Under the pieces are notes generated by a model that had not been told where the DNA came from, searched no databases, and was given only the letters and a program-made list of their open reading frames with translations. Source: the human T2T-CHM13v2.0 reference genome, Homo sapiens. From it: DNA of 64,000 nt. The stretch lies in the NCBI RefSeq assembly GCF_009914755.1, contig NC_060941.1. The stretch is one strand, 5' to 3'. How positions within the stretch are numbered: position 1 is the stretch's first letter; each line of letters starts with the position of its first letter. Of the stretch, positions 14,241-28,000 are shown piece by piece. Made by a program: the position numbers and the translations under genes.

Positions 14241-17079
14241 TGTTATTGAACAGGTCACCCTGTGGGCAACTGGAGCTGGATCCATGGGGACCTTCCAGGT
14301 CACCCCGTGGACTGCCTGTCCCTGGGAAGGCTGGGGCAGGGAGTGGTTCCCTCCCCACACTCCCACCTGCGCTGTGAACACACTCCCTCCTCTCCCACTG
14401 AGTTGAGCCCAGGACTGCGGGCTCAGGACACCAGGACTCTCCCAGGGACAGCCACTCCCAAGGTGGCCCCAGCAGGCCCAAGCCAAGGCTGTCGTCTGTT
14501 TCAGACTGGGCACTGCGGCATGGGGCCCTTGACAGGGAAATGTACAGCAGTCCTGGCGCATCCCAAATGTTCTCTATGATGGCAGCACCTTAGACTTCAT
14601 CCCACAGCCATGTGCTCCCCTGCCCCTTCTCCCTGCCCAGAAGGAACCTGGCACACCCACTACCCCACACCCCTGCTTCCATGGCCCCCTGCACTCCTGA
14701 CCTGGCAGACCCCAAACCACAGTCTGCTTAGTGGCAGCAACCACCGGGTGAAAAGCCTGAGTGCTCGGAGGTGGGGGTCAGGGAAGGCAGCCCACACTGG
14801 GCTCTTGCCACTCTCGGGGGACAGAAGTGGGTGGCAGCTGCTCCAGGGAGGGGTGCAGGTGCAGAAGAAACCCCTAAGAGAGGAACATGTGTGTCCACAG
14901 CCCACTCTTGGCAGGCAGACACCCCCAGGAGACCCCACATCCCACCAGGACGGACACCACCTGCCCTTCCCTGGCAGCTCCCAATCCTCCCTCCTTCTCC
15001 CAGCTCTTTTTTTGTAAACTAAGTCTGTTTCTGGAGGGCGCGTCATGTGTGCACGCCTGTACATGCATGCCGAGTTTTTATTCCAATCCTTAAATGAGGT
15101 CTTTGCTGAGAATTTACAATTCCCCTGTGGCCTCAATCTTGCAAAGATTGCTTTTTTAACGCTGTTAGGCCTTAATTCTAATAAGCCTCCTCCTTATTAC
15201 AGAACCAGGTCACATTGCCTTGACACCGCCAGAAAATCTCTCATGGCCACGGGAGGGTGGGCGTGGAGAAAGGGGCTGCCAGAGAATGGGGCAGAGATCT
15301 GGGAACACCGAGGGAGGAATCCTTTCTTAATTCAATGCAATTCTAAAATAATCTAATTTCTGAGGACCGGAGTGGCCTCTGCTCACTTTAGATAACTTTG
15401 TGATGTGGTTGTGTCTCCTGCAAATGTTAGTTTTCTTTTTTGTGTCTTGATTTTGAAAACGACAAGAGGAGTCGGGGAGCGACGGAACCCGATGGGCACA
15501 CTGGGCACCAGTTCAGGCCCTGGCCTCAGGCAGTCGGTCATCTGCAGCGGCCCAACGTCTGTTCTCCCTGCTCCCAAGGGCCAGGAGAGGAAATTGAGAG
15601 AGTATGGCACCAGCAGGCTCCAGGACAGAAACCAAAACCCGCTGGCACTTGTTGGGGGTGGGAGGCACTTGGACCAAAGGGTTTGGGCACCTGGGGAATC
15701 CATCAGTCAAACTCGCTCTCCTCCCTCTTCCTGAGATAGCTGTTTTTAGGTTCAAGGGGATACAGAGGAAGCACGCAATTGAGGAAAATGAACCTGCCTC
15801 TGTCTGACTCATCAGGACAGCGCGACAGTCCCTCCTGCATTCTCACAACATTGATTAAGCGCCTACTCTGTGCCAGGGAGTGGAGAGGTGGGTCCTCCTG
15901 ACCCACCTTCTCCACTGGAAGTAGAAGAATCTCAGAGCTAAGGGCTGAGACGGTGCTAGAATGTTCTTTAAAACCCTTGGAAACTTTCGAGACTGAGGGG
16001 TGAGTCCAGAAACAAGGTCTTTCTTCTAGAAGATTCTGCATATGGAGCTGTGGAGACGGCACTCTGCGGGGCAGCAGGGACAAACAAGAAGTGGAAGACA
16101 CAGCCCTGACCCTCTGGAGGCACCCAGGCCATAGCAAGGAAAGAGATGGAAATGGCTTGCTGTCCCCAGATGCTCCTGTTCACACCACCAGCTAGCCCCC
16201 TCCAGGCTCTGCCTCCCACATGCTGACTTCAGAAGCTGTCCACTCCAGGGCCACCCGGGGCCTAAATCCGGCCGTGCAGCCCGGCCCCTGCGCAGGGAGG
16301 ACTCGAGCCACACAAACCCAGCACCTCGAGGTTCTTGTTCCTGTCCCTGGGACTGCAGGACCCAACAGCACTCTTCCTCGAGGGCAGTGTGAGCAGAGCC
16401 AATTTTTTAAATACAGAACTGTACATCAATGTGACGTCTAACATAAGGCACCTTATAAATCAGAGGCCATTTTTTAAAACTTGGATGTGAAAGGTTCTGG
16501 TGTCCAGGGGCTGGGGGTGTAGGCAGCTGCGAGGCCTTCCAGGGGCACCCCTGAACATACAAGGAAGCACCCACTCAGCGCTTCCCCACCCTCGGCATGC
16601 CCCGGAAGCCACCCTCAGAAGCCTCCACTGGGAATTTCTGAGTTTTCACGTGTGGTTCCTCTTATCCTCCATCCCCTGTGGGTGCCACACAGAGGGCCAG
16701 AAGGTTTGCATTTACTGGGTCCCCAAAGAGGAGACCAGACTGGACCATGTTTGGCACAAGTGCTGACCAAGAACGGAGCCCTGAGGACACGCCCTCAGAA
16801 GACGCTGATCCCCTCCCTGGGATGACGCTCCCCATCCCACCCTTAGAGTAACAGCAGGAATGACCCCCACCCCCGCCTGGAGAGCCATCGGTATTGAGAG
16901 AAACGAGCCACTTTCCAGGTGTGCCGAGGCTGACCATAATGGGGCCACCAAGGTGCAAGGTCAAGCTTGCCAGAAAGAAACCGGCACGCAGACACGCAGC
17001 TCCCTGGAGAGCAGACTTGGGTCCCCAGCCCAGGAACTTGATCCTCCCACTGAGGCCCACCGTGCCCCAGCGAAGAACA

Positions 17080-17190
17080 TGCTCAGTCAGCAACCGCTCG
17101 CTGGGCACCTGCTTTGTGCCAGGCACTGGGCTAAGCACTGAGAATACCAGATGAAGACGAGACAGTGCACCAGGTCCACACGCTTTAGGA
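17080..17190 (-). mobile_element. L2 3' end fragment
   Basis: GGGCACCTGCTTTGTGCCAGGCACTGGGCTAAGCACTGAGAATAC. Confidence 0.75.
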
Positions 17191-20027
17191 TTAAATCACA
17201 CTGACGGTTCTGCCGTCTTTCTTTTCCACGAAAATGGACTGTGGGTCTCTTTCCACATCCATGGAAAGCAGCTGCCTAAAACCCACCGTGTGTATGAATA
17301 GGCCATTCTCTCTTGAACGCTTTTAACCAATCCCCTGCTGCAGGGAGTGTGTTAGCAGCGGGGAGACCTGTGGGAAGTGGCATGCCAGCCGCGCAGAGGG
17401 GAGGACGGACCTGGCATCTCCCTCTAAGCCAGCCGCCAAGTCACGAGGGGCTCCTATGCATTCCAAAAACCCTCCTAGAGGAAGAGCAAGGTGGCAGCCC
17501 TTGGCCCATGGGCAGCAGATTCTTGGATTCTGCAAAACATAATTGTGAAGCCCAATCTGCCAGCGGAGAAATATGCAGCGCATTCACAGGCTAAATATAA
17601 ATAATATTGATTCATCTGCCATCTTGAATTATCCATTCCACTTCTGTTTTCCATTAGCATCAATAATCACGAGCGTACTCCCCTGTGGACGGGGTACATT
17701 ACGCTCCGAAGGATGCAGCTGGCCCCAGGGTCACACATCTGGAGGAGCCTCAGGATATCTTCCAGAATTATCTGGCATCTTCTAGAGCAATCCAGAACCT
17801 TCCTGGTACTTTTTCCTCCCTCTTATCTACTCCTCATTCCAAGCCCAGGAAAGAGGGGTGGCTCAAAGAGACATCTGAGACCCCCCTTTCAGAGGCAGTC
17901 TGCTTTATTTGGCAGCTGACTCTGGTTCTGGGAAACAATTGCACACGCTCCAAGGTTCACTTCCAAGGAAGGAGGGGAAGAAGCTCCTGGGGCTGATGCA
18001 GAGCCCAACTGAACCCTCAGGGCAGAACCAGGGCCCATTTCCTCTCTGGGCCAGAAACCACAGTGGCTTTCCTGCAGATCAGCGGGGTCCTTGTTCCTCT
18101 GACAGCCCTCTGCCCCCAGGCCCTGGGGCTCTCTGATCAGCAGGCAGAGAGTGTGCCCAGCACCAGCCAGGGGTGGGCCAGGGCCTCCGGCACACCCTCC
18201 TACCCCTTCTCAGTGGAGCCTCTAGAGACAGAAATAACCAAGGCACGGAAACCCACCAGGGCCACCCACCGTGGGCCCAGCCAGGCCACAGAGCTAATGA
18301 GCCACAAAGTCCCCTGCCCCCCAACCAGCTCTCAGAATTCAACAAATGTTGATTGAGAATGGACTATGAGCAGACAGCCATGCTAGGTGCTCTGGGAAGA
18401 CATGGATCAGCTGCAGCCCCTGCCCGCGAAGCACTTGCAGCCCAATACGGGAGATGGAGCTGCAGACGCCCATCAGGATCTGTGATTTTTTGCTCTTCCT
18501 TCTCAGTGCTGATTACAGCTCCCAGAAAGTGCTATGGGAAGCAGGTGCTGACATCAGGCCCAGAGGGAGGCTTTGTGGATGCTTCTCATGTCCTCTGCGT
18601 GCCTGTCTACGTCAGTACGTCCCACTTGCTCACCGCCTTAGATACACCCAGTGATAACCTATGGCTTCGCTATGTTCCGTGTTGATAGAAGGATCCAAAA
18701 CCTTCCCGTTGGCCTTCACCGTCTACTTAACGAGCCACGCCCCTCCTAGGACACCGCAAGAGAAATGCTGGGGTCACCCCTGGCCGAGGCCTCCCTCCTG
18801 CTGGCCACACGTAAGAAAGGACTTCACAAGGGAGACCTCCGTGGCTGCCACACACATTCACCCCAAATGCTTCCTGGAGAAAGCACATGCCCTCACACTG
18901 TGAGCTCGTGAGTTTGCCAAAAAGGAGATGCAGGAGCCTGAGATCACCTCCTGTCTTGCTGCTAAAATATCCCAGCCGTGGAAAAGCAAGGCTGGCCTCA
19001 AATTGGGGAATCTGGTCTTGCCAGCCCAGCTGTGCTCCAGGGACTCCGGTTTGCATTGGGAATGAGAGAGTGTTGGCCGGGTAAGATGGCAAGACAGACA
19101 CAGTCCTCCTACAGACTTGTAGAAGGGCTTTCTGCCCGCCCCCACCCAGGGCAGAAAGAGGAGGCACAGGGGAAAACAACAAGAGCCCTGGCCAAGAATG
19201 AGCCCTCTGCCGTCGTCCTGTGTGTGGCCTTGTGGCCCAGCACCAGCGCTGGGGGGCACTTTGCCCTGCCTGACAGGAGGAAGGGATGCCCTAGTGAGGT
19301 GGGAAACAGAGGGAGAGGTTGAGACCACCTTGGACAAGAAGGGCCAGGGAAGGCCCTCCTCACCTGTCACTACAGCCCGACACTTAGAAGGTACCGCCTG
19401 ATTTCAGCCTCTGCATCCACGGTCACCTACTTAGTACCCCCCATAGGTAGGGGTTGGCTCCTGCCTTTCCCAGGAGGGAGGACAGACTCACCCTGTGGCC
19501 AGCAGGGAGCAGACACCCCCAAAAGCCACTGGGGCTGCAGGGCCCCCAAAGTGGAAATGACCTGCCACTCTGTCCATCCCATGGGGGAGAAACAATCAGA
19601 CCCTAGGCAGGGGGCATTTAGGGCAAACAGCTGGCCCACAGCACGGACTCTCCTCTTTGCAGCTAATTTTTGGACTGCATGGGCCACATCTGGGCCCTGG
19701 GACTTCCCATGGAGCCGCGGCAGGTAGAAGGATGGAACCCCACAATCTGAAGAGCAGAGAGGAGCCTGATCAGAAGGAGTCTTGGCTTCTTTATTCCTCC
19801 TTGACCCACCCTCTTGCCACCATCCCTCACTAGCAATTCTCCCCAAAATCCTGCTGCAGAAATCTGCCTTCCAATAACATTGCCTGGGCAGAAGCCACAG
19901 GAGCAGGAGCGCTGCCTGCTGGAGGGTGACCAACAGGTGCAGGGGCCTCAGGTGCCACTGCCTTTACACACGTGGCCAGTACAAAAGAGCACTCCAGGAG
20001 GAAGGTGGTGGCAATGCAGAGATGACC

Positions 20028-20160
20028 GTGCACATGCACACATGCACACGTGCACACATGCACACACACACTCATGCACATGCACACACATACATGCACA
20101 CATGTGCACACATACATGCACATGTGCGCGCACACACACACATGCACACGCGCACACACC
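20028..20160. repeat. CA-rich (CACATGCA)-type low-complexity repeat
   Basis: Alternating purine-pyrimidine tract containing 8 CATGCA. Confidence 0.9.
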
Positions 20161-21914
20161 CTCCTCGTTGTTAAGGACCTTAACTTAGAATGATGTATTC
20201 TCTGTTCTCCTGGCTATAATTATTTTAGCGTGGGAGACAAATTCTGTCTCCAGCATCTCCGAAGTGCAATGTTGGAAAATCACATCCCATGGTCCTGGAA
20301 GATCCCTACCTTCTCCAGCTCTTTTCCTCCACAGAGGAGCATAAACAGACCCTTCCAAGGGGTGAACCTTGGAGGCTTTAATTCCTCCTCCAAGCAGCTC
20401 CACGTAGAGCAACAGAGACGCAGGGACCGTGCAAGTAACCATGGCAACTCCAGGAAGTTTAAAAAAATAAGTTTTTGAGTTGTTGAGTTGTTATTTGGTG
20501 CTTAGTGGGTTGGACTCTTGCCTTCCTTTTTGAGATAACGAGGCCTCTGAATGGTGCTTTTAATGAGCTTTGTGGGTACCGTATGGAAGGCAGCCCGTGT
20601 CCCCAGAATCTCATGACCTTTGAAGGGGGAAGCAAGTGTCTCATCTCAGTTCCACAGAGTCCCAGGCAGGTCTGTCCTCAGATTAGGTTGCTCCCTGTGG
20701 GGTGATCTTGAGCCAGTGTGGCCCCTCCCCAACCTTCCACCCACCCACAGAAGTGAGAAGTGCTCCATGCCTCCCCCTCCCCAGGAGACCCAACATTTAC
20801 AGGAACTCTTACAGTGCCCAGCTACTCTGCAATCCAGATCCACCAGGATCCCAAATATTCATCCCAAGACACCCACGGGGGCAAGTTTCCACGCACGCAT
20901 CTCCTAAGTGGGGGAAGAGGGTCAGGCTACCCCTGCGAACATACTAATATGCTGGCCAGCACGCATGTGTAGGTGCACAGGAGACCCGTGCAACTCCACC
21001 CCCGCACGACACGACCCCACTGCCCACGCTCGGAGATTCTCAGGGTCCCTTGAAGGGTCCAGCTGGCCTTGGTGGAGGCGAATGGGAGCCGCTGTCCTGG
21101 GGTCAGCCCTTCTCTGTGCAGGCCACAGCAGCAGGTGTTCTGTGCCAAAGGTCATCCTCGCGTGTGCCGATGGGGTGTACATGTGCTCACACAGGCACAA
21201 AAGCACGCACGCTGCTATTCGTGCCGTGACCGTGAAGCCACCGCAGCAGGCCACGTCCTGCGGCTCCCAAGGGCAGGCTGCCTTGACCACCCACTGAGCA
21301 CCTCCGACAGAACCATGGCGGAGCCGCAGCCCCCCAACAAGAGTTTGTTGCAGGTTGGTGCCGGGAGAGCTGAGGAGTGCTTGGGCCACAGCTGCAGAGG
21401 CAAAGGGCTGGGCTACCTGGCTGGGGAAAAAGGAATATTTTCTTAAAGGGAGAAAAATCCTAAATGGCCCTCGCAGTCTCTTGGCACACATAATTGTAGT
21501 ATCCAAGTTAATGAAAGGCCTGGCACATGGGCTGAGTCACAGCAAATGCCTGGCCCTGCACCTCACATGCAGCAGCTCGTAGAAATCAGACGATGGCGGG
21601 CAGGGGGCAGGGGGGGCCCAGGAAATAAAGAGCATTTCCAGGAATGGCAAGTCTCCCACGCGGGATCATATCATCAATTAGCCAGTGGGAGGGCCGAGGA
21701 GTGCTGGCATCTCATTTCCACAAAGACAAAGTTTCCTTGAGGAAATTGCCAGAGTCTTCAAGGTACTGAAATAACACACAGAACAAATGAAGAAGGACGG
21801 CCGCAGGGCTTGGTGGATGCTCAGAAGCCCAGCTCCCGGCAGCCTTGCAGAGGGGCGTGTGTGTTTAAAGACACAAGTGGAGCCTGCGATGTCCAAGAGG
21901 CAAGCACCAGTACC

Positions 21915-22165
21915 AATACATGACACACACATGTGCTCACACATGTACGACACACATATGCTCATGCACGCACACAGGTACATGTGGGTACACAAATGCA
22001 GAAACACACTTGTGCATGTGCACATACATGCACACACATGCACACATACAGGATGCACATGCATGCCTGTGTGCACACTCTACACACAGGCACATGCATG
22101 TACAATCTACACGTGTGCATGTGTGCACTGATATGCACGCACCTGTGCACACATACATGTGCACA
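21915..22165. repeat. CA/TG low-complexity repeat
   Basis: Mixed CACATG/TGCACA tract. Confidence 0.85.
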
Positions 22166-24719
22166 AGCTCTGCTTGCAGGTGGGGGTCCACTATCCTGAC
22201 TTCCAAACATTCAGGTTTGAGGCTCTTGCAAATGCCAGATACCATGGAGACAAAACGCCCTCTAAACACATTATCCAGAATTTTCCCTTAATTCCCTACA
22301 GCACATGCCCCATTTGTGAGGAGACCCCCGGGGTCTTCAGGCTCTGACTCTGATGGAGCTCAGAGTATGTCAAACCCTTGAACAGTCCATTCAGGAACCT
22401 TCAAAGCCACACCCCAGGGGGCTCCCACCTCGAAGGCCCGGGGAAGCAGTCTAGCTCAGCCGTCTAAGTGGAGGTGACTGATTTATTCTGACCATCCTGA
22501 CTCTTCACGACACTGCTCTCCTCCAACCATGCACGGCTTTAATTGTCCATCAAGCAGGGCAGGGAGGAACCGTAAATCTTTCCTCCCGCTGCTCCGAGCT
22601 GAGCCTGCTTGACCTGCAATTGCCAGCCCCTCGCCTGCGTGCAGCCTGGAGAAGTCCGCTGGCTCTGAAGGTGAAGGAGGGGAGTGAGGAAGGGGAACGC
22701 AGGAGAGGCAGAAGGGGGTCAGGAGGGGAACAGAGAGAGCCAGGCAGCAGGAGAAAGCAAGCAGCCGACATGGCCATGCTCCCGCTGCTCCCGCCCCGGG
22801 GCCCCTGCGGAGGAATGAATGCCTCAGCCCGACTGCAGCCTCGAGGGGCCCCGGCTGGGGCGTCTACACACCTCGCCTCCCAGGCTCCTGCTCTCAAGCA
22901 GCGGGACCCTGATAAAGTGAGCCAGACCCTCAGGGAGTCTTGGCATTCCCTTGCCAGGCTATAAAACATCACAGCCCCAAAAGGAGCCCGCTGCGGGGGA
23001 TACTGATTCTCCATCCCACATTCACGGTGTCTGCAACTGGACCCCAGCTAGGGGCACAGGATCCTCTCTTAGGGTGGGTGTCTCTGTGAGGGCAGGGACA
23101 GGCCAGGGGCCACATAGCCCCAGCTGTGGCCGGGAGAACAGAGCTGGTCCAGGAGGTTTAGCCACAAGCTCCAAAGCACGCCCCCTTCCCCTGCAGCAGA
23201 CTTAATATTTTCTGTAATTTTAGTATATATTAATGCACTTCAAAGTGGTGAACATTATAGTTATGATTATTACCTAAAGACTTCCTTTATAGCCCTCATT
23301 TTCCAGTGCTCATTACTTTCTGAAAAATTATCCTTGGGGGCTGAAATTTTCCTAGTCTGGTCTTGTGAGTTTTCTTCTTAGGTTTTAAGCAAAACATATC
23401 CGGAAGGGGGAGAAATTACTTCTCCCAAAGTCAGTCTCCTTGGTGACTTCTGCCAAGGAAAGAACCCCATGGGAAGGGGGCGGGCTGTGTCTTTAGCATG
23501 TAGATACTGATACTGTTATCAGTGATCTGGCCTTAGTTGTGCCCGTCTGTTCTGGAGAGACGGCTCTATTTTAAAAGTCCAAGAGGCGGGGAGGTACCCA
23601 TGCGACACTCATCTTGCATGCTGCAGCCTGGGCAAGTCAGGAAAGTGAATGCTGGTTATGGCAATGCTGCCGACGCACACACACAAGCAGACGTATTTTC
23701 CAACACAAAGTGCAGATCTGCAGAAAGTCTCCTGTCTGTGGCCTGGGGATGCCGATAGAGTTAAAAGCATGCAGATTCTAGGTGTATCCTTCTCAGCTGT
23801 CCTAGATGAGATCTGCCGGTGAGAAAGAAAAATGTACCCGCTGGAAGACGGCCTTTAATCATCCTATAAAGTTGTCCCAGACAACGTCACAAGGCTTTAA
23901 TGGTAAGGAAAAGGGTAACAGGCTCCCCCATCAAACACAGGCCATCGTCCACCTGCTCTCCCTCCCGCCCTTTGGCCATCAGCTGAAGGTTCCCAGCTGT
24001 CAAGATATCAAACAGACTTCTGGACGATAAAGCTCGACACAGCGTTGGCTGTCTGGGAGTGTTGATTATAATGTTACGCCACTGACAACAGTAATTCTCA
24101 CCTTAAATTTCTTCTCTTTTCTGCTAAGATTCCAAAATACTTGAATAATGTACCCTTGGATAGCACCCCTGCGAGGAACACAACCAACCACTGTCGGTCT
24201 TCTCCCCAGCAGCTGGGGGCACGCAGCCAGGATGGCCGGTGAACCACACGCCCCGTCCCAGGTCTATAAGGAGCCTGTGGAAGCAACCCCTCGGGTCTCT
24301 AGTTCCACTTCACCTGTCCCTGCCGTGAGGCCCCCAGCTGTGCCTAATGGCATGACATCAATGATAGTCAATACTCCAGAAAGAATAAAAGCACACACTT
24401 TGTTTTTTTTTTCTAATGGGCTTTGCAAAGCTGTGCTTCGGTTTTTCATGGGTTGAGAACTGAGATCCAAAAACATATATCCACACGGAAGGCAGGGGTG
24501 AGCTGGAATCCCTCAGCCTGCGCGGTAAGCGATGTGGCAGCAAACTATAGGCTCAGAGGAGCCCGGGAAGGGCTGGGGGAGGGAGGCCATGATCCTGCTT
24601 CCTTTCCTCTCCCTCATGGGAAATCCAACTGGCATGGTCTGGAGCCTCATCTCTGATGATCCAATGCCACTCCCTTTGCAAAAGCAAGAGGACCTGCTGC
24701 AGTGCTCCTCTCTCCTTGA

Positions 24720-25028
<309 letters not shown>

Positions 25029-28000
25029 TCCTTGTGGTACTCTTGACACCCCGCTGGCAGTGGAGGCATGGGGAGAGCACACCGGGCCCATTGAGGGGAC
25101 ACAGCACAGGCAGGAGCCCTGTTATCCCCTGGATGGCCTGACCCGGGTAACAACTGAGTCCACGGCCCCACAGACAGGACCTTACTTCTTTCTGCCTGGC
25201 TTCGGGGTGTTCCTAAGGACATGAGCTGCTGGGGGCTGCTCCAGGGAGCCCTTCCAGGCCACCCAAGGGAGTGAGGGTCCCCTCAGACCCCAACCTCTCT
25301 ATAGAGACATGCTAAGGGTTGTTTCCATCCTTACATCTGCAAGTTTATCTTTTAAAGCGAGCTCTATTAAAGCAGCCTCATAATTATACCCACAGGGAAC
25401 AGTTTGGAATCCATTCCTTAACCCTGACCCTTCCGAACCCTAGCAACATGCTCGTTCCTCTACTAGGTGGATAGCCCCAGGGAAGGGTCCCACTCACCAC
25501 ATCAGCGGCTTTACATAGATCGCCTGATCCACGCAGCAGTCCCTGCTTCTCAGCAGGGTAAACTGAGGTTCCAGAGCCTGCCCTGGGTGGCAAGGCTGGG
25601 AAGGGTGCACGCCCTCCCCAGCGGTATGCTGCAGGCAACCCTGCCACCATCAGAGGTCAGCTCCGGCCTCAGGCTGTCCCTGCACAGAGCCCGCCCACCA
25701 GCCAGCAGGTGCAGGCCGAATCCACTCACCACACCCACAGGTTGTGCGGCCGGCCCTGATGGGCTTTAAGAGCTCATGAAAGGTAACTGACATACCGCCT
25801 TGCTCAGAAGTCACTTCCATTTCAATGTGCATGTAACTGTGTGTGCCCACGGGCAAAGGGTGATTCTTGTAAGAATCAGCTGATGGGAGTGGGGAGCTGC
25901 CAAGATGTACAACCTCAGAACCTCCCATGAATAAGGAAACTAACTGAGTGAAGACTCAGCCACACCTCCAGGGTGAAGGGCAGGTGTCAACACCAAGTCA
26001 TTAGGCTTTGCAGAGCCCATCAGGAGCCTGTGCATGGACCCAGTTTAAAGCATATTCTGGGTTTCCTTTTTTTGCTCGGATCTCAAGGTGACGGGTAATG
26101 TCGGGACATACCGGTGTGTGCGGCTCTCCCAGGTGATACATTAAAAAGTCATCCTCACACCTCGCTGCTGAAAACAAAAAGCTACAAAGCCCTTCTTGCC
26201 ATTGCTTTTTAAAAAGTGGGGTGGGCTGGGGTGGGGTGGGGAAGAAGAGGTCACCAGCAGGTGCTTGATTCCAAGGTGCCCAGAAGCTCTTAGGAACAGA
26301 CCCTGGAGCTTCAGCCAGCCCCCAGCCCTCAAAAGTTCCAGAAAAATAGGAGTTGTTTTTGATGTAATCCAGGAGAGAAACCTCTAATTTGCATTAAGAG
26401 TTTGGAGCTATGAAAGTTTAGTGAGAAATGATTTCTAAAGGTACCAGGGTGTTTGTACTTGCTTTAAATCTTTCTCCAAATTGTGGACCTTCCTAATACA
26501 AGGAAACCCTATGTCCTTTGGCTCCAAAAGAGGTTCCCATTTTTCCATCAAAAATCTCATTGCTGAGGATAGCCTGCTCCTCCATGTTCTCATGACCGTT
26601 GCCTAAAAGCAAACGATCCGGAGACATGAGCCTGGCCCAGGAATCGGCATTTGCTTGGTGTCCAAGGATGTGAACTGCAGGATGAGAGCAAGGGCAGGAG
26701 AAGCACCTGGACTCCAGGGACACCATTCCTGCCATCTTCATCCCTGGGTCTCACCTGGTGTCATAGACAAGGAGACGTGGATGAGAAGGACTGCAGTCCA
26801 TGGTGTTCGGGCTGCTCAAGGGCAGAACTCTGAATGCGCCCTTGGTTTGCGTGGCACACTGCCTCCACTACTGTATTGGTGGCCCTGCAGAAGAGAATCT
26901 GATCTGGAGGTCCGGGTTACCTTTGTTTGTTTGTTTTGATGGAGGGAGAATTTTGGAGCAAGACAAGATGCCTTGGCACACAGGATTCTCCGCTCTGGCA
27001 CAAAAGATACATGTTATGATCTCAACTGGGCCCCCAAACAAGGACTTGAAACTGTTCAGGGGCTGGCTGGTGGCAGCTTTCTATGCTCAGGCAGTTTCCT
27101 TGCCTGCAAATGGGATTATTTTCTAAAAGGGCTAAAATAGACATACCCGGCCACCTTCCTCGCCAGCTGGCTTCCACTCACAGCCCAGCGTTCAAGGCAG
27201 GGTGGGCTCACCTCCCCAAATATGGAGCAGCCAGCCAAGCAGAGACCTGCGCATACAGAGCTGATGACCAGCGGTGGGTCCAGTAGGGAGACGGCCAGGT
27301 ACAGAGCGGTTGCTCCGCCTAGGCCTCTGTTCTTCTGGAGTCTTGGGAGAAAGCTCTCAGCACAGCCGCTAACCAAAGCAATAAGCAAGTAAATTCCTGC
27401 TAAAAATACATATATTCTTCCTCTTTCTTTTTTCTGCTGGGAATATGTTCTGAGCACAAATAATTAAACCTTAAAAGAAAACTTGCAGTAGCAAGTGCTT
27501 GGCTCTTGGTCCTAAGAGGAAACCACGGAGGCTGAGGACCCCCAACTCAAGTTGACGCCAGCAAGTTACAACCCACCTCTCAGGTGGAACCCACGAGCCC
27601 TGGCCCCAACCTACACGGAAGGAGTGGAGACGGATCCAAGGGAAGACTGATTTTCACTTCTAAAAAGCTTCCCCAAGCCGCAGCTTTCTCTACCCACAAG
27701 GGGAACACTCCCCACAGAGGAGAGCACCCCATCCCTTGTTCTTCTGCCCCCTATCCCCTGACTGCAGAGCCTTCGATACCACAGTCTTGTCAATGTTTCG
27801 AGTGCAGTGAGTTGGCAGGGGCAGCAGCAGTGAGAAGGGAGAGGAGGGGCAAGGAGACCACCTCAAGCTGCTGGTCTGTCTAGAGACCAGGAAGAAACCA
27901 GAAGGACGCCTGGGCCTGACCAGAACAGTCAAGGCCCCCACGTGTCTTACAGGTAAGGGCCAGGATCAGAGGCCTGATGACACCAAGCTCCCTGCACCCA

